This document shows, piece after piece, positions 21,196 through 31,324 of a DNA stretch of 64,000 nt. Origin of the DNA: an uncultured delta proteobacterium (GTDB taxonomy: Bacteria; Desulfobacterota; Binatia; UBA9968). Below the pieces are notes generated by a model. That model was given only the letters and a program-made list of their open reading frames with translations, did no database searches and was not told where the DNA came from. Numbering within the stretch: the first letter of the stretch is position 1; every line of letters starts with the position of its first letter. A program made the translations under genes and the position numbers. The stretch is from the NCBI GenBank assembly GCA_963745835.1, contig CAVUZH010000008.1:92835-156834 (forward strand), in the 5' to 3' direction.

Positions 21196-21420
21196 TGCGA
21201 TTAAACACCGGTCTACTCTTGGCGAAATGACGAGCATGAGTGTTTCAGACGGACACCATCCATGGACTAAAAACTTTTCGCATAAACTTTTTTGAAGCAC
21301 CGATCGACGGTCGATATATCGGGATAAGAATCCCATTCAGGCGCCCATGCGAGACATTTTGAACTCCAGAACCGCCTTCAGGTTATGCAGTGTACTCACA
21401 GAGCGCCCAATCATTTGCTG
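21045..21420 (+). repeat. direct repeat R2, copy a
   Basis: Aligns to ~33055..33430. The first ~235 nt are almost identical (a handful of substitutions and one 1-nt indel, clustered at ~21200-21225). The remainder is much more diverged. Confidence 0.85.
21337..21420 (-). pseudogene. 3'-terminal remnant of an MgtC-family gene
   Basis: Minus-strand translation ...MIGRSVSTLHNLKAVLEFKMSRMGA* parallels the C-terminus of the intact gene 33354..34049 (...VQRLVNTLHNMVTVQEFKMSPMGD*). Confidence 0.55.
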
Positions 21421-21868
21421 TCCGTCAAAAGGACGGTCATTCGGCCATCATCCCAACCACCGGCAACGAATATTGCCCTGTCATTCTCCGCGGCGGTCGT
21501 AATCCCAATTACGATGCAAAAAACATCGATGCAGCGGCCAAGGGTATGGCAGAAGCCGGCATACCGGCGAGAATTATGATCGATTGCAGCCATGGCAACA
21601 GCGGCAAAGAACCGGAAAAGCAGGTCGAGGTCGGTCGTCAGGTTGCCAGCCAAATTGCCGACGGCGATGCTAGGATTTTCGGCGTTATGATCGAAAGCCA
21701 TCTCAAAGCAGGCCGTCAAGATCTGATGCCGGGCAAAGAACTCGTCTACGGTTTAAGCATCACAGACGCGTGTGTCGGCTGGGAAGACACCGGAAATTGG
21801 TAGAGGACCTCGCACATGCAGTTCGCCAGCGTCGCCTGAAGGCGGCTACTGAGGGCGAAGCGGAATAG
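21421..21868 (+). pseudogene. 3' fragment of DAHP synthase gene (repeat R1, copy b), frameshifted near 21794
   Basis: It has no 5' two-thirds of the gene. ...KDGHSAIIPTTGNEYCPVILRGGRNPNYDAKNID... matches aroG residues from SVTKDGHSAI onward. A 1-nt deletion (accggaaattgg versus accggcaaattgg) creates a premature TAG. Confidence 0.9.
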
Positions 21869-22179
21869 ATTGTACTCGATGGCTATATAAGACCTCTTCC
21901 TCTTTTGTCTTACCCAATCGGCGACTGCTTAAACCTAGCAACGTCAATCGTCGGTTATCAGCAACTGCTTGGTTATCTGTGCGGGAATTTGCGCGTCGCC
22001 AGCACTCCGTCCGGGTCCCGGTCGCACTCCGACCAGGAACCAACTACGGCCAATTCCTCCTAAGATCCTAACAAAACCCTCGAACAACCTCCGCTCGATT
22101 ATGATGCCTTTGGGTATGTGTGTGCGCACGTTCTCGGACAATAGGGTATCACCACAAATCAATTGAAGGAGAATTCAGT

Positions 22180-22330
22180 TCAATCCTGGCGATACTTGAT
22201 CACCTTATCCGCCTGTGTGAGCACTCTCTGCGGGGATGGTGACCAATCTGCTTGGCTGCTTTCAGATTGATGATGAGTTCGAATTTCGTGGGTTGCTCAA
22301 TGGGCAGATCGGCGGGCTTGGCGCCCTTGA
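22180..22330 (-). pseudogene. C-terminal remnant of an ABC-type substrate-binding protein
   Basis: [31 protein letters not shown] is followed, across frame changes, by ...[17 protein letters not shown]. No upstream part of the gene is present. Confidence 0.4.
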
Positions 22331-22421
22331 GAATTTTATGGCGGCAACTGGCTGGAGAAAAGATTACGAATTTGACATCGCGGCGGCCCTCCCCTACAAG
22401 GAAACGTATGAAGGAGGCTTT

Positions 22422-23578
22422 ATGAGGAGCGCATACGGCTTGACGATTCCTGAGCACGATCCGGAATTGACCGAAGTAGGTCCTGGAACTCCTGGTGGCG
22501 AGCTCCTGCGCCGCTACTGGCAGCCTGTTTGTGTTTCAGAGGACCTACAGGCTTTACCCAAGCGCGTCCGGATTTTGGGTGAGGATCTTCTAGCTTTCCG
22601 GGACGGCAACGGCAGGCCTGGATTACTTTTCTTTCGTTGTAGCCACAGGGGAACGTCTTTGGAGTACGGGCGCATTGAGGATCGGGGAATACGTTGCTGC
22701 TATCACGGCTGGCTCTACGACGTCGAGGGCAATGTTCTCGACATGCCATTGGAGCCTGTGGAAAGCACTTTCAAAGAGCGCATTCAACACCCATGTTACC
22801 CCGTTAAAGAATTTGGGGGTTTAGTTTTCGGCTACATGGGACCATTGGAAAAAATGCCCCAACTCCCAATTTACGACGTCTGGATGAGAGAAGGTGGCTT
22901 TTTAAAAGCGCGTATGGGTCCTAGAGTCGGGGGCGCGGTTAATTGTAATTGGCTTCAAAGCGAAGAAAACCTCATGGATGCGCTCCATGGCGTCTGGCTC
23001 CATACTGTTCACAGCGGACCGCAATTTCCAACGGATCTGCACAACACATTGCCGGAAGAGATTAAATACGAAGAGACTGAGATGGGGATGAGGTTTGTAA
23101 TGACCAGGAAACTTCGGAACGGAAACTGGTGGGATGTCATATGGGAAATGATCATGCCGCTCAATATTCATCTAACTTATACGGACGAGCCCAAGACCGA
23201 GAAGGTCCGCTCCCTTGCCTTTTGTGTGCCGGTCGATGATACGCATCAGATTGGCGCCAGCATCCGATGGGTCCCGGAACGTGAGATAGAAACAAGAACG
23301 GGACGTGAAAAATTGGCCCCGGGAGGCATTTCGGACAGGACTTATGAATTTACGCAGAGGCATCCGATAGAAAAGAGGCGCAGGAAGGTCAGGGACCAAT
23401 CGCGATTCACGCTTTGGAACATCTTGCGAGCTCTGATAGGGGTGTCATCATGTTCCGCAAGATTCTGCGAGAAGCTATTGATGCTGTAAAGGAAGAAAGG
23501 GACCCGAAAGGAATTATTAGAGATCCCAACAAAGCCCGCTGTGTTGCCACCACCGGGGGAAGTATCATCAGGGACTGA
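22422..23578 (+). CDS. Rieske [2Fe-2S] oxygenase alpha-subunit-like protein with one apparent frameshift near 23360
   Basis: Rieske motif CSHRGTSL...CCYHGW. ATG 22422 follows AAGGAGG. The C-terminal text ([49 protein letters not shown]) continues in another frame to the TGA at 23576-23578. Confidence 0.8.
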
Positions 23579-23591
23579 CAAAAAACAGTTC

Positions 23592-24592
23592 ATGCAGCGA
23601 ATTACAAACAAAATCGATTATTTGTTGATTTTGGGGTTGATAACGCTTTTTGGACCCTATTATCTGCAAGCCGCAGATACCGATCGCATCGCGACGAGAA
23701 GTAGCTTTTACAACCACCGGAGCAATACAGTTACCCTTCTATTTGGCGAAGGAGACCGGCCTCTTCAAAAAGCACGGTATCGACGTGGAAGCCATACTGC
23801 GCAGGAAATATCGCCATGAGAGCTCTGGCTGCCGGGGAAGTGGAGGTCATTGGTGGGTCGGGAGCATTCCCGATTGTAGCGTCGCTGCAAGGCCTCGATA
23901 ATATAATTATAGCAGCGAGCCAGAAGTTTTTGGATTATCAGCTGCTTGTGCTTCCTCGCCTTGAGAAACCGACGGATTTGATCGGGAAGAAACTTGGTAT
24001 AAGCACATTTGGCACGGCCTCCGATTTTGCTCTTCGCGACATTTTACTTCAAGTGGGAATAGATCCGGCGAAGGTAGCCATCGTGCAAACTGGAGATACA
24101 TCTGCGCGACTCGCATCTCTTTTGTCCGGGAACATTGACGGGACCATCCTTAATCCACCAACATCGTTTATGGCCCGAAAAAGGGCTACGAATTCTCTTG
24201 GACAGCAGTGAACTCCGGATGCCTTACATGGAGGAGCGGTCATTACACGAAGGCAGATCATCAAAGATTCGCCGGAAAAACTTAGACGTTTCATGAGAGC
24301 CTACATAGAGGCTACTTATGTTTTTAAGACCAACAAGGAAATTTCCGTTTCAACACTACAAAAATATAGCCGACTCGGGGACGGCGAGATACTCGATGAA
24401 ACCTATTCCTACTATGAAACGCAATTCCCCTTGCTTCCGTACCCCTCGCGCGAGGGCATTGTAGCTATTCTAAAATCTATTGCCTCAAGAATTCCTTCGG
24501 CAACCGATGCCAAACCAGAGTCGTTCATCGACACGCGCTTTGTTGCCGAGTTGGAACGAGATGGGTTTATCGCTCGGCTCCCTGGCAAATAG
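23592..24592 (+). pseudogene. NMT1/THI5-like ABC substrate-binding protein, at least 3 frameshifts
   Basis: Colinear pieces lie in three frames: signal-like MQRITNKIDYLLILGLITLF; AIQLPFYLAKETGLFKKHGIDVEA; MRALAAGEVEVIGGSGAFPIVASLQGLDNIIIAAS...; MRAYIEATYVFKTNKEIS... Confidence 0.65.
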
Positions 24593-24652
24593 CCGTATGC
24601 AACCAATGCAACGTAGTCCTGCATAGAGCAGCCAAATACTTCTTTATGCTCC

Positions 24653-24856
24653 TCAAGGGGTCTGCCGATTTTTGGGTAATAGCGCCTTGCTTTTGAATAA
24701 GGTGATCTGCTTTTCATTGTGTCTTCTCTTTTTCTCCGCAATGACCTCTCCCAATTCGCAGACTTTTTCCCAATTCAACGCGCCGGCTTCGATCGCTTCA
24801 AAAATGTCCGCCGCGTGATCTTGCCGGCTTTGCTCCTCGGAAGCGAGCACAACCTA
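24653..24856 (-). pseudogene. C-terminal remnant of an ornithine cyclodeaminase/mu-crystallin-family gene
   Basis: VVLASEEQSRQDHAADIFEAIEAGALNWEKVCELGEVIAEKK...ITLFKS resembles the family C-terminus (...ELGEV..G...GR....ITLFKS.G). Upstream three-quarters are absent. Confidence 0.4.
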
Positions 24857-25002
24857 AAGCCGACCGGCACGGCGGCTTATCTACTTAACAATCGGCGGCT
24901 TATTTCGGCCAGACCATCTTGAAAAGCCGGGCAGGATTGAACTGATCGACGCTTCAATTCAACTGGCTAATTTAATAAGGAGTGGCGCCGTTGATGAGCA
25001 GT

Positions 25003-25410
25003 CTAGAAGCCCCGCTACTCCCTCGCCGCTTCATGGGAATTTATCATCTCGAGATCCGCTGAACTTGGCGTGTCTCAGGTGCATGTCAGGCGTCCATTCG
25101 GTAAACTCGATCTGCGCCACTAGCTGCGGTTTTAGCCAGACAGTTCTTCATTTCTTGGCGGGTGAGCGAAAACTGCGTGGGTTTTTTCTACGGTAGGTTA
25201 GCGAAACGGGCAATTGGTGATCTCCAATCGTTTCAACGTTTGCCAGACTTCCCGACGCACTCGCGGCACGAAGCCGATTCTGACCTTAGCTGCATAGATT
25301 AGCTTATCACCGTCGCAGTAGCCGACGATCACTGCATACAGCGGATTGGCCGTCGTATATCCGCCGATGACAAATTCCTGTGACTTGTTGACCTTGTATT
25401 TCAGCCATGC
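25003..25410 (-). pseudogene. degenerate extra copy of the 3' third of an ATP-dependent DNA ligase gene
   Basis: Minus-strand text AWLKYKVNKSQEFVIGGYTTANPLYAVIVGYCDGDKLIYAAKVRIGFVPRVRREVWQ... carries stops and frameshifts. At nucleotide level it is clearly related to 27216..27630. Confidence 0.6.
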
Positions 25411-25574
25411 GCTGCTTCGCTTGCCGATGTCGGTCAGAATTGACGCTCCCTTTCACAAGCGGCTTATGCTGAATTCTGCTTGGGAGGGTGTTTAGTTTGA
25501 CAGCGGCCCTTTCCCTAAGATAGGAACAGTCTTCGTTGGTAGAAAAAGAAAGAAGGAACACGAGTGGAGTTATC

Positions 25575-26603
25575 ATGTTAAATGGCAGGTTTTTTGTTAT
25601 TGCGATCCTCGCCTTGCTAATCAGCACTTCGCACGTGAATGGTACTACAGCTGCTTCTATAGACGAACTCGTCGCCGCCGCCAAAAAGGAAGGACGTCTG
25701 AGTTTCTACGCTCCATCGACGTTGACTCCAGCAGGTGCAAAAGAACTAGCGGCTGCGTTTAACGCAAAGTTTAATACAAGCATAGACGTTACATATTTTC
25801 CCTCCGGCAGCATGACTGCCGATGTTGGTAGGCTTGTTTCTCATGCCGCCACAGGCGTCCCCCCAGAATGGGATCTCTTAATCATTATAGACGCGCTCCA
25901 CGGTCCATTGTGGCAAAAAAAGCTCCATGTCCAATATGATTATCGAGCACTCGGTGTAGATGCCAGGACGATTCATTATGATAACGGCACGATTTCAATC
26001 GCTAACCAAGTCGTGTTACCAGCATACAATCCAAAGACCTTATCTGAGAAGGAGGCACCCAAAAGGTGGGAGGATCTGCTTGACCCAAAATGGAAAGGCA
26101 AGATTGGAGTTCCTACCGCCTCCGGTCAGATCGATTTTCTCGCGATTTTATGGGGTGAGAAGAAATTCCTAAATTTTGTACATGCGCTTGCCAAGCAGGA
26201 ACCCTTACCAGGCAAACTGGCCGAACTTGCTACGCGACTTGAGATTGGTGAGCTGCTAGTGGCATCAACTCTCACCGACAGCTTCATTCACCGGGCCAAA
26301 CGAACTGGCAGTCCGATCGTGCATGCCCAGGTTCAGCCGGTTATCTCCCCGGCATATCATGCAGGGGTGCTCAAAGGCGCACCTCATCCGAATGCGGCAC
26401 ATCTGTTCGCAGTATTTCTGACAACTTTGGAGGCCCAAAAACTCTGGGAAAAGTACGGCGGTCAGAGTTCGGCATTCATTCCGGGAACAGCAACGCACAG
26501 TTATGTCCAAGGAAAGTCGGTCATATACTTATCTCAGAAAGATGTTGGACTGGTGAATAAGATGGTGGCGGAAATCGGCAAAACGCTTGGTTTTCGTCCA
26601 TAG
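25575..26603 (+). CDS. ABC transporter substrate-binding protein (Fe3+/family-1-like), orphan
   Basis: Signal peptide. Paralogous text to the SBP at 51491..52594 (AKKEGRLSFYAPS versus AKKEGMLRGQW; LDPKWKGKIGVPTA versus LNPKWKGKIASTPYA). Confidence 0.8.
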   Translation: MLNGRFFVIAILALLISTSHVNGTTAASIDELVAAAKKEGRLSFYAPSTLTPAGAKELAAAFNAKFNTSIDVTYFPSGSMTADVGRLVSHAATGVPPEWDLLIIIDALHGPLWQKKLHVQYDYRALGVDARTIHYDNGTISIANQVVLPAYNPKTLSEKEAPKRWEDLLDPKWKGKIGVPTASGQIDFLAILWGEKKFLNFVHALAKQEPLPGKLAELATRLEIGELLVASTLTDSFIHRAKRTGSPIVHAQVQPVISPAYHAGVLKGAPHPNAAHLFAVFLTTLEAQKLWEKYGGQSSAFIPGTATHSYVQGKSVIYLSQKDVGLVNKMVAEIGKTLGFRP

Positions 26604-26666
26604 CGCACGCACCATATCGCGTGAATGGTAACGCGGACGTCGGTACAAAAAAGAAAGGAGATTCAA

Positions 26667-27080
26667 ATGGCAAAAAAGACACTCAATCCGGAGGGGATGC
26701 CGGTTCCGCGCGGCAGCTACTCTCAAGTGGTTATTTCTAAGCCTGGTCGCGTAGTGTTTATTGCAGGAAATACTGCCAGCGATCCCAGCGGCAACGTAAC
26801 TGGACTTGCCGACGTGCGCGCTCAGACGCGTTATATTCTTGAAAAGATCAAGATGGGAGTTGAAGCAGCAGGCGGAACAGTAGAAGACATTGTTTGCATG
26901 AATGTGTTTTCAACGGACGCACGGTATCATTCGCAAATAAACGAAGTCCGCAAAGAATTTCTCGGACGTGATTTCCCAACGAGCACCATGGTTCAGGTCG
27001 TGGCACTTGCCCGTCCGGAGTTGCTACTTGAAATCAATGCAATTGCGGTCGTACCCGAATCGGCTGTCAAGGACAATTGA
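26667..27080 (+). CDS. RidA/YjgF/L-PSP-family protein
   Basis: ATG follows AAAGGAG. Family text: GSYSQVV...VFIAGNTA...VRAQTRYILEKIK...LLEINAIAV. Confidence 0.85.
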   Translation: MAKKTLNPEGMPVPRGSYSQVVISKPGRVVFIAGNTASDPSGNVTGLADVRAQTRYILEKIKMGVEAAGGTVEDIVCMNVFSTDARYHSQINEVRKEFLGRDFPTSTMVQVVALARPELLLEINAIAVVPESAVKDN

Positions 27081-27215
27081 AGCGAACCCAGGGAACAGCT
27101 TGCCGAATGTAAGGTGTAAAAAGTACCGGTTCAGTACTTCTCAATGATTACGTTACAAGATTGAACCGTAAATGCTCACTTTAAGTGGGCCGAAGTGGCA
27201 TCATTGAGGAGCAGT

Positions 27216-27630
27216 CTAGAACCGTGACCCCTCCCGGACAACTTCACGCGGGTTTTTATCATCCCGCAATCCAACGAACTTCGAGTGCCGCAGGTGTCCA
27301 TCCGGTGTCCACTCGGTGAACTCGATCTGCGCGACCAGCTCGCGGCTTTAGCCAAACGCAGTTCTTCATTTCTTCACGGGTGAGCGAAAACTGCGTGCGT
27401 TTCTTCTCTGGCAGGTTAGCGAATGGGCAACTGGCGATCTCCAATCCTTTCAGCTTCTGCCAAACTTCACGGCGCAATCGTGGCACAAAGCCGTTTCTCA
27501 CCTTGCCAGCGTAGATCAACTTATCACCGTCGTAATAGCCGACGATCAGCGCATCGAGCGGATTGCCGGGCGTGTAACCGCCGATGACGAACTCCTGTGA
27601 TTTGTTGACCTTGTACTTGATCCTCTGTTT
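27216..27630 (-). pseudogene. ATP-dependent DNA ligase, C-terminal (OB-fold) part, frameshifted
   Basis: IKYKVNKSQEFVIGGYTPGNPLDALIVGYYDGDKLIYAGKVRNGFVPRLRREVWQKLKGLEIASCPFANLPEKK..., then in other frames ...HLRHSKFVGLRDDKNPREVVREGSRF*. Confidence 0.7.
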
Positions 27631-27900
27631 GGCCGTTCACTCACGATCACTCTGAACCAAAACGGGGTGAATATCACGATATTCACACGAGTGCGGAAGC
27701 GCAGTCACCTGCATCTGTCGCCAGCGGTTTAATCGTCAGACCTTTCAAAAATGTAATCTTTCGGAAGGCTTCCAGCAACGTTGTTTTGTTAGTTTACGGC
27801 CTAGTCGAGATAGCTCCCGATATTTGCGGGCACATTACGAACCGCCAGCGACGCGGCAAATATGCTCGACCCTGAGTTTTAGGTTATCAAAGATTCTAAA

Positions 27901-28665
27901 TTGGACGCAATTAAAGTGGCGATCTTTCGAGGCATCGATAGTCCAACATTCGCAACTTCCGGGTTTGTCTTATCCATCCGCCGTTTCCGCCGATATTTGC
28001 CGCTGCTCGTGGGGGTGATTATTCTTGTTGGGCTGCGACCGCGGTCATGGCAAGATGAATTTTTGAATAGTCTGACTACTTGGATCGGCATTGCATTCTG
28101 TGCCCTCGGGCAAGGATGGCGGTTATGGGCATGGGGGAGCAATGCCAATGCCGGAAAGCGCGCAGTTCGCAGTCGCGGTCCCTATGCTCTGATGCGTCAT
28201 CCGCTTTATACCGGGAATTTTTTTATTCTCCTGGGCGTTACGGTGAGCTTCAACAATCCCTGGGCCTATTTACTTTTGCTAGTTCCGTTTGCGTATCTTT
28301 ACCATCTCATCACCAACCTTGATGAACGACGGATGAGTGAACGTGTTGGCGTTGCCTATAAGACCTATACGGAGGAAACTCTGTCGCGATTTCTACCGCA
28401 ATTTAGGAATCTCAAGCGGGCCAACCGTACGACAGTGCCGTTCAATTTTCTGTACGCATGGCGCAAGGAATACAACTCCATCTGCGCATGGCTGGCGGGT
28501 GTCCCAACGCTCGGAATATATCGTGATGCCGTGACTTACGGCTGGGAGCAAGCATTATATGAAAACCCAATTTCGTTGGGTGTCAGCGGGTTTTGTGGCG
28601 CTCTTGCGATTCTACTGAATGTGCGAAGGCACATCGGTCGAAAAAAACGATTACTGAAGCATTAG
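27901..28665 (+). CDS. isoprenylcysteine carboxyl / phospholipid methyltransferase-family membrane protein
   Basis: RGPYALMRHPLYTGNFFILLGV...LITNLDERRMSERVGVAYKTY matches the ICMT/PEMT family signature. The start (TTG 27901) is uncertain. Confidence 0.7.
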   Translation: MDAIKVAIFRGIDSPTFATSGFVLSIRRFRRYLPLLVGVIILVGLRPRSWQDEFLNSLTTWIGIAFCALGQGWRLWAWGSNANAGKRAVRSRGPYALMRHPLYTGNFFILLGVTVSFNNPWAYLLLLVPFAYLYHLITNLDERRMSERVGVAYKTYTEETLSRFLPQFRNLKRANRTTVPFNFLYAWRKEYNSICAWLAGVPTLGIYRDAVTYGWEQALYENPISLGVSGFCGALAILLNVRRHIGRKKRLLKH

Positions 28666-28678
28666 AAAGAACCGACAA

Positions 28679-29267
28679 TGCGCCACTGCGCTTTCCCGAT
28701 TCGTAGCAGGAGTCTTTACGCTTGGCGATCACTCCCTCAAAGCCAAACTCTTTGACGACTTGGATCAGTTCGGCAGGCGTTGCGTCGATGCTCTCGGATA
28801 ACGCAATTGACGATGCGTTTCGGGTGAGCGGTTTCATTATGTCGCTCAGCACTTCACGTCGTTTCGAAAGTGGTTCGTTGAGCAGATTGATCCCGCGATA
28901 AATCAGGACATCAAACGCATAAAACAACAATGCTTGTGCTTGCGACCGATGATGTTGAAGCAGGTTGAACGAGATACGCCCGTTCTCGTCAATGGCTACG
29001 ATTTCGCCGTCGAGCAGTGTGCGCGGCGGGAGCTGTTCACATGCTTTGGCGATGTTCGGGAACTGCGCCGTGAAGTCATTGCCGCGCCGAGACCACAACG
29101 TCACTCCTGTGGCGTCTTTGCCAGCCAAACAGCGATAGCCGTCGAATTTGACTTCATAGAGCCAGTCGTTGCCATTCGGGTAGCTGCTGGACGAGCTGCG
29201 CGTACATCGGTTCGACGAACTGAATCGTAGCCGCTCTCGCAGCGGAGTTGGACTTTGCTTTTGGCAT
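28679..29267 (-). pseudogene. ATP-dependent DNA ligase, N-terminal adenylation part, one frameshift near 29180
   Basis: MPKAKSNSAARAATIQFVEPMYAQLVQQLP, then a frame change, then GNDWLYEVKFDGYRCLA (KxDG motif) ... EGVIAKRKDSCYESGKRSGA. Colinearity ends at ~28679. Confidence 0.7.
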
Positions 29268-29279
29268 TTCGCGGGAGGG

Positions 29280-29429
29280 TTACGACGTGAAAAGCGCCCA
29301 GGCGATTTCGTAGCCGCAGATGGCGCAGCGCCCGTGGATCGGCTGGTAGCCACTATCGCTTGGCTTTGCGATGACTACCCCAAAGTAGTTGCCGCATTTG
29401 GGGCAGTTTCTGGCGAGGTAAACGGCCAT
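29280..29429 (-). CDS. possible 49-aa zinc-ribbon protein upstream of the ligase
   Basis: MAVYLARNCPKCGNYFGVVIAKPSDSGYQPIHGRCAICGYEIAWALFTS has two CxxC pairs. Its TAA lies 12 nt before the ligase ATG. Below the track cutoff. Confidence 0.4.
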   Translation of the reverse strand: MAVYLARNCPKCGNYFGVVIAKPSDSGYQPIHGRCAICGYEIAWALFTS

Positions 29430-30089
29430 GTAAGTACAAGTTTAACTCTGCTGGCGGTTTCTCTCAACCTGAAGTCAAACCGGAAGCTCTTTGAGCATTT
29501 AGTCAGGGTTCTGACTTGGTGTTCGAGTTTACATTCCCATTACCAAGCCGTTCGACAAGAAGCGGTAGACCCGCCAACCACGCTGTGAAGAGGACAAGGT
29601 TTTTGCTAAGCTTCTTGGCTATGAATTTCTTTAAAACAAAAGTCTCCGTTATTTACGCAATCATCCCTGCGATAGGTTGGGTCTTAACGTTTCTTTCGGT
29701 ATGGGTGTTTTCTGGGAACGAACAAAAATAGATTTAGTGAATTTAGTAAATCGCGGGACGGCTGGGGTGAAGCTTTACGCAGAAAAAGGCGCGGCGGCGC
29801 TTGAAGATTTATCCCGCCCTGAAGTAGCTAAGAGGTTCCGCTGACCGAGTTTGGCAAGCAAAGATGGATGGCTTGAATGCCATCGAAAAACGCATAGCTC
29901 AAGTAGAAGGCCGAAAGGCAGTCATGTACGGCAGACCGAATCGGTCTCTGTTAAGATGAACCGACGCACTACCTGCAATGCGCGATCCTGAAAGATCCAC
30001 TGGAGAGCGTAATATTTTCACCTTCACCGTATCCGGCAAGCAGATTAATGACGCATATTGCCTTTCATTTCAATGTATTATTACCGGCT

Positions 30090-30269
30090 CTAACTTTTTT
30101 TCCACGCTCTGTATTGTCTGCAATCACGTCGGAAAAGTTCGCTCAACATTCGTTGCATTGTGGAAAAAGCATTGATGACTTCGAGAGTCGCTTTTTGCTT
30201 ATCCAAATAACTTTGCGACCCACAGTATCCAAGCATACAACAAAAACAGCTCATAATTTTAGTAAACAT
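30090..30269 (-). CDS. possible 59-aa Cys-rich small protein
   Basis: ATG sits 6 nt after AGGAGG. Translation is MFTKIMSCFCCMLGYCGSQSYLDKQKATLEVINAFSTMQRMLSELFRRDCRQYRAWKKS. Below the track cutoff. Confidence 0.3.
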   Translation of the reverse strand: MFTKIMSCFCCMLGYCGSQSYLDKQKATLEVINAFSTMQRMLSELFRRDCRQYRAWKKS

Positions 30270-31324
30270 AGTAACCTCCTAACAGAGCCCATGCTTTTGC
30301 AGAAGGTGAGTTTGAAACGCAAGCGGTTCGGCAAGGTGGTGGAGATAAATCATTTGAGAAAAACTGCGACGGCGTATGGTATACGCGAGACGTAAGCCCG
30401 GAGGATAATAGTGCCCAACGAAGCCGCCTTTTCACTCGAATACCTCTGCTGAGATGCGAATTTCTCACGATTGATCAAATATTTTCCAGTTTCCCAGAAC
30501 CTAAAACTGCGCTGGACATACGCATTCTGGCGTACGCCAGAATATCAACGGAAAATGAAAGTGCAACAAGCGAAAGGTGCATCCGAAAGTGCTCTCGACA
30601 CGATCCGGAATCATGGAGATACGAACAGGCCTTGATTTATAAAAAAAGAAAGGCGAGGGCTCATTACAGAGAAGTATATACGCAAAGCCCATAGCCTGTT
30701 TGTACCGGTTCACTCAGTTTCACGTTTGGAATTGATGATAATGATAAAAGCTGGGAAACAGGAACGAATGGCTATTCGCCGTATTCTCAACCGATAAAGG
30801 ATTAGCCATAGTTCGCGCGGAAATCGAGAAGGAGGAAAAGAGAAACGCCGAGAAGCACGAAAGCATTGGCTCCATTGGCCGTAGCGGCGTTTATCTGACG
30901 GTATGATCTGTATATCATCGGCTTCTTCTTCGTATTAGACAAATAACGTCGCGCAACGTCAATGTCTCAATAATCCCGTACAGGTCTTAAGATTATGGTT
31001 TCGCGTGGGCCGGTTGCGATAAGATTTGTCTAGTAACAAAAAAGAGCGCATACATATTGCTTATGGATCTCGGTCTGATACTCAGCATCGCCTCACTTCT
31101 AAAGACATCATTGTCTTCGCCTACCCGCTTTATAAAAAAATCTAATTTTGGCAATCGCATCCAAGTTGGCGTTCATGTTTAATCAACGCCACAACAAAAA
31201 AGCCCGTCGCGGGGCGATTTTGTTCTCGAATAGATGTTTTATATTCTAGTCGGCCAATTCCACTCGCATGGACCATCGCCTTGCTTGAGAGCTGGCTGAA
31301 TAATGAGCCTTTGTCGGTGAAGAC

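Noticed and set aside
14361-21420. Calling the secreted-protein operon a classical integrative genomic island or prophage
   Set aside because: No integrase, recombinase, transposase, tRNA target, phage genes or short att-like direct repeats were seen. The flanking repeats are hundreds of nt long and chained with a second repeat pair, which fits homologous or segmental rearrangement better.
21390-21803. 137-aa ORF as a functional small DAHP synthase
   Set aside because: It lacks the N-terminal two-thirds of the enzyme, including the catalytic core. Its first ~10 residues come from unrelated junction DNA, and it is frameshifted before the native stop.
28583-29353. N-terminal 60 residues of the 256-aa track ORF (Ser/Arg/Pro-rich MATSRSTGAAPS...)
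   Set aside because: This is an out-of-frame extension. The plausible ligase N-terminus (MPKAKSNSAARAATIQFVEPMYAQLV) starts at ATG 29267 in another frame, right after the zinc-ribbon ORF stop.
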